Assembly: GCA_050293845.1 (NCBI GenBank) | Contig: JBNKNM010000102.1 | Span: 1 to 18,927, forward strand | Direction: 5' to 3' | Length of the DNA stretch: 18,927 nt | Origin: Pseudobacteriovorax sp. | GTDB taxonomy: Bacteria > Bdellovibrionota_B > Oligoflexia > Oligoflexales > Oligoflexaceae | Shown here: piece by piece, positions 15,865 through 18,927 of the stretch | Position numbering within the stretch: the stretch's first letter is position 1 | Layout: each line of letters starts with the position of its first letter | The notes under the pieces: model-generated | The model's input: the letters and a program-made list of their open reading frames with translations, nothing else | The model's database searches: none | Told to the model about the DNA's origin: nothing | Position numbers and translations under genes: made by a program

Positions 15865-18279
15865 GTGAGTATCACTATGAGTCTATTCCATTTTATTGGC
15901 TTAGTTTTAACAATTGGACTAGGGTTTTCTTGTACTAAGAAAACCCAAACCGAGTCTGAAGTCGACAAAGCAGAAGTGCTAGAAACTGCTTTAAATAACG
16001 AGGTCCCTGCTTCTGTGGGAACACAAGGTGAAGACTCACTGAACCCAGAAGCAATTTTGAAAGAACCGGAAGAAAAAGAACTGGTACAATCTCTTAACAA
16101 CGATTCATTTTTTAGTTTGACAGTAGGTTCTGATACCGATGAAGAATTTGATACCCAGCCAACAAATGCGAAGCTTGTATATTACGAAGTGGAAAATCGT
16201 AATGAGGTTGATGCTAATAATATAACAGAAACCTCTCTTGATGGTGAAGCCGAATTGCTATTGGATCGTGGTCAGTACTACATTATTGAAGTTGATTACC
16301 AAGACCAGGGAATCCTGAAAGCGATGGTAAGCCCTGATATGCTAGTAGTGGAAACTAGTGAGCTGCCGGTGCTGGATATTCGTTTGAATCGTGTTTCAAC
16401 AATTGCTGCCGATCTTTTTCTAGAACTAGTCAAGCAAAAAGAAATTTTAGCGCTTTTTTATAGTCGTGAGATCAAAAGTTCTACGATTTATCACGCCGCA
16501 AGTGAGTTTAAATCGCTTATCAAATCACAGGTTTCTCAGTCATCCCTCGCCACTTACTGGAAAAGCGAAATGTACGTAGATTCCTTATCCAAATTTTCTC
16601 AGAATCTTTCAGAAACACTACTATCAGTAGCGCCTTATGATAATGAGTTTGAAAGTAAAAAGATAAATGAGATTATAGCAGAAATTGAAATCGAAGCACC
16701 AAAAATAAATGTAGATCTACTGCTCAAGAAAAACTCTAAAACCGCTTGCTATATAAAGCAAGACGTTTGTACAAGAAAACCTCACAAAATTGGCGAATTC
16801 AAGGATAACTATCAGAATTCTTCAAAGGACTATATCCGCTGCTTGCGTCGAGCTGCTGAGTACCATCGATGGTGTAAAAATGATCCATCCGATGTAACCA
16901 TTGCTGAGTTTAGGCAAGATAATGTCGTAATGGTATCGAGTGACTCCGATACTCCATTTCAAGGTTGTTTTATATCTATGGAAGCTTGTAATCGATTTCC
17001 TGATAGGGTTGGACAATTTATTGATAATTATAAGGCAGCTTCCACAGATATTGATAGATGTATGATGCGGGCTCATGATTATTTCAGGTCATGTCGTAAT
17101 ACCTCAGATCAAGTGGTTACTGCTACTTATTACGATAAAGGTGTTATGGTTCAACACTTAGATTCGAACACCCCATATACCGGATGCTTTGTTCAAATTA
17201 ATGCCTGTGAAAGGAAGCCAGAATGGGTTGGAATTCGCTATGATAACTACCAGAAAGCTTCATTAGATCCTGATCGATGCTTGCAACGGGCCCATGATTT
17301 TCATCGGGCCTGCCGCAATGATAACAGCGTTAAAACTTTCGCTGCATTCTATAACAAAGGGAATATCATTAAGGAAATTGATTCACAATCCCCTTACACG
17401 GGATGCTTTATTCAGGCTAATACCTGTCGCAAACACCCTGAGTCTGTGGGTCTTTATATTGATAACTATAAAAAAGCTTCCTTAGATCAAGATAGGTGCC
17501 TCAAAAGGGCAGCGGAGATTCATAGATGGTGTGGTAACGCATTTGAGGAAGTCGTAAATGCATCCTTTTATCAGAAGGGCACGGCACAGGCTACGATCGA
17601 TTCTCAGACCCCTTATTCGGGCTGCTTTATCAGCCAAACAGTGTGTCAACGTCTACCTGAAAGGGTGGGACTATTTCTTGATAATTATCAAAATGCTTCT
17701 GGAGATCCTGAACGCTGTATGATGCGCGCTCACGACTATCATCGGTCATGTAGGAATAAATTCGATGAAGTTGTTTCTGCTACCTTTTATGAAAAAGGGG
17801 CTGCTCAAAAAACTTTAGACTCTCAAACTCCGCACTCAGGCTGTTTTGTTAAGATGGAAGTTTGTAAGGCTCATCCTGAGAAAGAAGGCATATTTATCGA
17901 TAATCATAAGAATTCATCTTATGATGTTAACCGATGTATGATGCGCGCTGCTGATTTTCATCGCTGGTGCAAAAATTCATTTGATGAAACAGTAACAGCC
18001 ATGTTTTATGAAAAAGGTGAAATAAAAAAATCAATCGATTCCAAAACACCTTATTCTGGTTGCTATATAAGTCAAGATAACTGTAAGCGTCGTGCATCGA
18101 AAAAGGGTCTTTTTAAAGACAACTACCAGAATGCTTCCTTTGATCAGGACAGATGTATGAAACGTGCTGTCGACTACCATTCCTGGTGTCGTAATAGCGA
18201 TACTCAATCAACAACTGCTGCTTTCTATGTGGAAGGAAGCCTCATAAGTAGCAATATTTATACTGGTGAAGAGGAGTAA
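15865..18279 (+). CDS. Large lipoprotein with seven tandem 73-aa four-cysteine repeats
   Basis: Lipobox GFS|C (start GTG 15865 or ATG 15877), acidic N-terminal region, repeats from 16741 onward. Confidence 0.85.
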   Translation: MSITMSLFHFIGLVLTIGLGFSCTKKTQTESEVDKAEVLETALNNEVPASVGTQGEDSLNPEAILKEPEEKELVQSLNNDSFFSLTVGSDTDEEFDTQPTNAKLVYYEVENRNEVDANNITETSLDGEAELLLDRGQYYIIEVDYQDQGILKAMVSPDMLVVETSELPVLDIRLNRVSTIAADLFLELVKQKEILALFYSREIKSSTIYHAASEFKSLIKSQVSQSSLATYWKSEMYVDSLSKFSQNLSETLLSVAPYDNEFESKKINEIIAEIEIEAPKINVDLLLKKNSKTACYIKQDVCTRKPHKIGEFKDNYQNSSKDYIRCLRRAAEYHRWCKNDPSDVTIAEFRQDNVVMVSSDSDTPFQGCFISMEACNRFPDRVGQFIDNYKAASTDIDRCMMRAHDYFRSCRNTSDQVVTATYYDKGVMVQHLDSNTPYTGCFVQINACERKPEWVGIRYDNYQKASLDPDRCLQRAHDFHRACRNDNSVKTFAAFYNKGNIIKEIDSQSPYTGCFIQANTCRKHPESVGLYIDNYKKASLDQDRCLKRAAEIHRWCGNAFEEVVNASFYQKGTAQATIDSQTPYSGCFISQTVCQRLPERVGLFLDNYQNASGDPERCMMRAHDYHRSCRNKFDEVVSATFYEKGAAQKTLDSQTPHSGCFVKMEVCKAHPEKEGIFIDNHKNSSYDVNRCMMRAADFHRWCKNSFDETVTAMFYEKGEIKKSIDSKTPYSGCYISQDNCKRRASKKGLFKDNYQNASFDQDRCMKRAVDYHSWCRNSDTQSTTAAFYVEGSLISSNIYTGEEE
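16741..18276 (+). repeat. Coding tandem repeat, 7 x 219 bp
   Basis: Units start at 16741, 16960, 17179, 17398, 17617, 17836 and 18055; consensus GCFI....C...P...G.F.DNY..AS.D..RC..RA.D.HR.C.N.....TA.FY.KG......DS.TP. Confidence 0.95.
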
Positions 18280-18282
18280 GAA

Positions 18283-18312
18283 AATTGTACTAATAAGGAC
18301 GTTAGTACAATT
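18283..18312. terminator. Hairpin between convergent genes, probable terminator
   Basis: AATTGTACTAA-taaggacg-TTAGTACAATT, an 11-bp stem directly after the stop at 18279. Confidence 0.6.
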
Positions 18313-18421
18313 CCCAGTAACAATGCGGAGTAGGGGATAATTACCTAAGGAGGTTCCGGCTCTTCATAAACTTTTCAAAAATTTTTCATCTGCAACCTTC
18401 GTGTATGGAGAAAGTTCCGAG

Positions 18422-18927
18422 TTATATCTTATATTCCCAGCCTAAGAGCCATGAACCAAAGCTCAATCCATTTCCAATACCTTTGTAGCTATTTCCCAAA
18501 GGCGCTATTTCTGAATCCAGCAAGGAGTATTGTAGTTTCCAGTAACTTTTAGCTCCTATGGGAGACTTTATACCTATATTAAAAGTTCCCCGTACTGCAG
18601 TGGGAGGGTAGTATCCCTTGGGGTAATGATCTGGAAGAGTTATGAAAAGTTGTCGATTGAGGCCATATATTAAAGTCACACCAACAAAAGGAAGAATAAA
18701 TAAACGGTCAGATTGCAGCAAAGCATGATTGCTAAAATTGAGCTGAAAAATGTCGCTCCCTCTATTTTGTGGTGTGTATCCAACTGAGAAGCTACTTTGT
18801 AACCAAGAGGTAGCATTGTATCCTATACCTCCGCTGAATAGACCTTCATAGCCCAGGGATTGGAGATACCAAAAATTCACAGCTCTGGAACGAGCCATTA
18901 GGGAAGTGCAAGAAATTCCAAGCAGTA
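18422..18927 (-). CDS. Probable small outer-membrane beta-barrel protein (5' end outside window)
   Basis: The frame stays open to the window edge (LLGISCTSL precedes MARS, signal-peptide-like); alternating aromatic strands GGIGY and SVGY; C-terminus WLLGWEYKI. Confidence 0.6.
   Translation of the reverse strand, partial: LLGISCTSLMARSRAVNFWYLQSLGYEGLFSGGIGYNATSWLQSSFSVGYTPQNRGSDIFQLNFSNHALLQSDRLFILPFVGVTLIYGLNRQLFITLPDHYPKGYYPPTAVRGTFNIGIKSPIGAKSYWKLQYSLLDSEIAPLGNSYKGIGNGLSFGSWLLGWEYKI

Noticed and set aside
31..17485. Short antisense or overlapping ORFs in the track (e.g. 31..279, 1493..1774, 3774..4010, 7109..7420, 10076..10318, 14934..15245, 17294..17485)
   Set aside because: They are shadows of longer, well-supported genes and have no motifs of their own.
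16741..18276. Multiheme cytochrome or CRISPR-like array
   Set aside because: No CxxCH motif, and the repeats are in-frame coding units with synonymous divergence and no spacers.

Overview
AT-rich bacterial chromosomal window. The gene types (small HAMP membrane proteins, vWA and LRR lipoproteins, an Oligoflexia-style cyclase-like protein) suggest Bdellovibrionota/Oligoflexia, which is an inference only. From left to right it contains: the 3' end of a HAMP protein gene; a divergent module of a membrane pseudo-cyclase and a GNAT-like gene versus an XRE-HTH regulator, with a perfect 46-bp palindrome between them; a second HAMP protein gene; an orphan flagellar-type stator operon (motA, Cys-rich lipoprotein, motB1, motB2); a structured intergenic region that may encode an ncRNA; a hypothetical gene; a vWA lipoprotein; an ABC-F (YbiT/YkpA) gene; a TPR protein; an internalin-like LRR lipoprotein; a lipoprotein with seven exact-length 73-aa four-Cys repeats; and a truncated outer-membrane beta-barrel gene. 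The most notable items are the one-MotA/two-MotB/lipoprotein stator, the candidate ncRNA upstream of it, the putative signalling cassette with its palindrome, and the 73-aa Cys repeat. No tRNA, rRNA, CRISPR array or transposase was seen.
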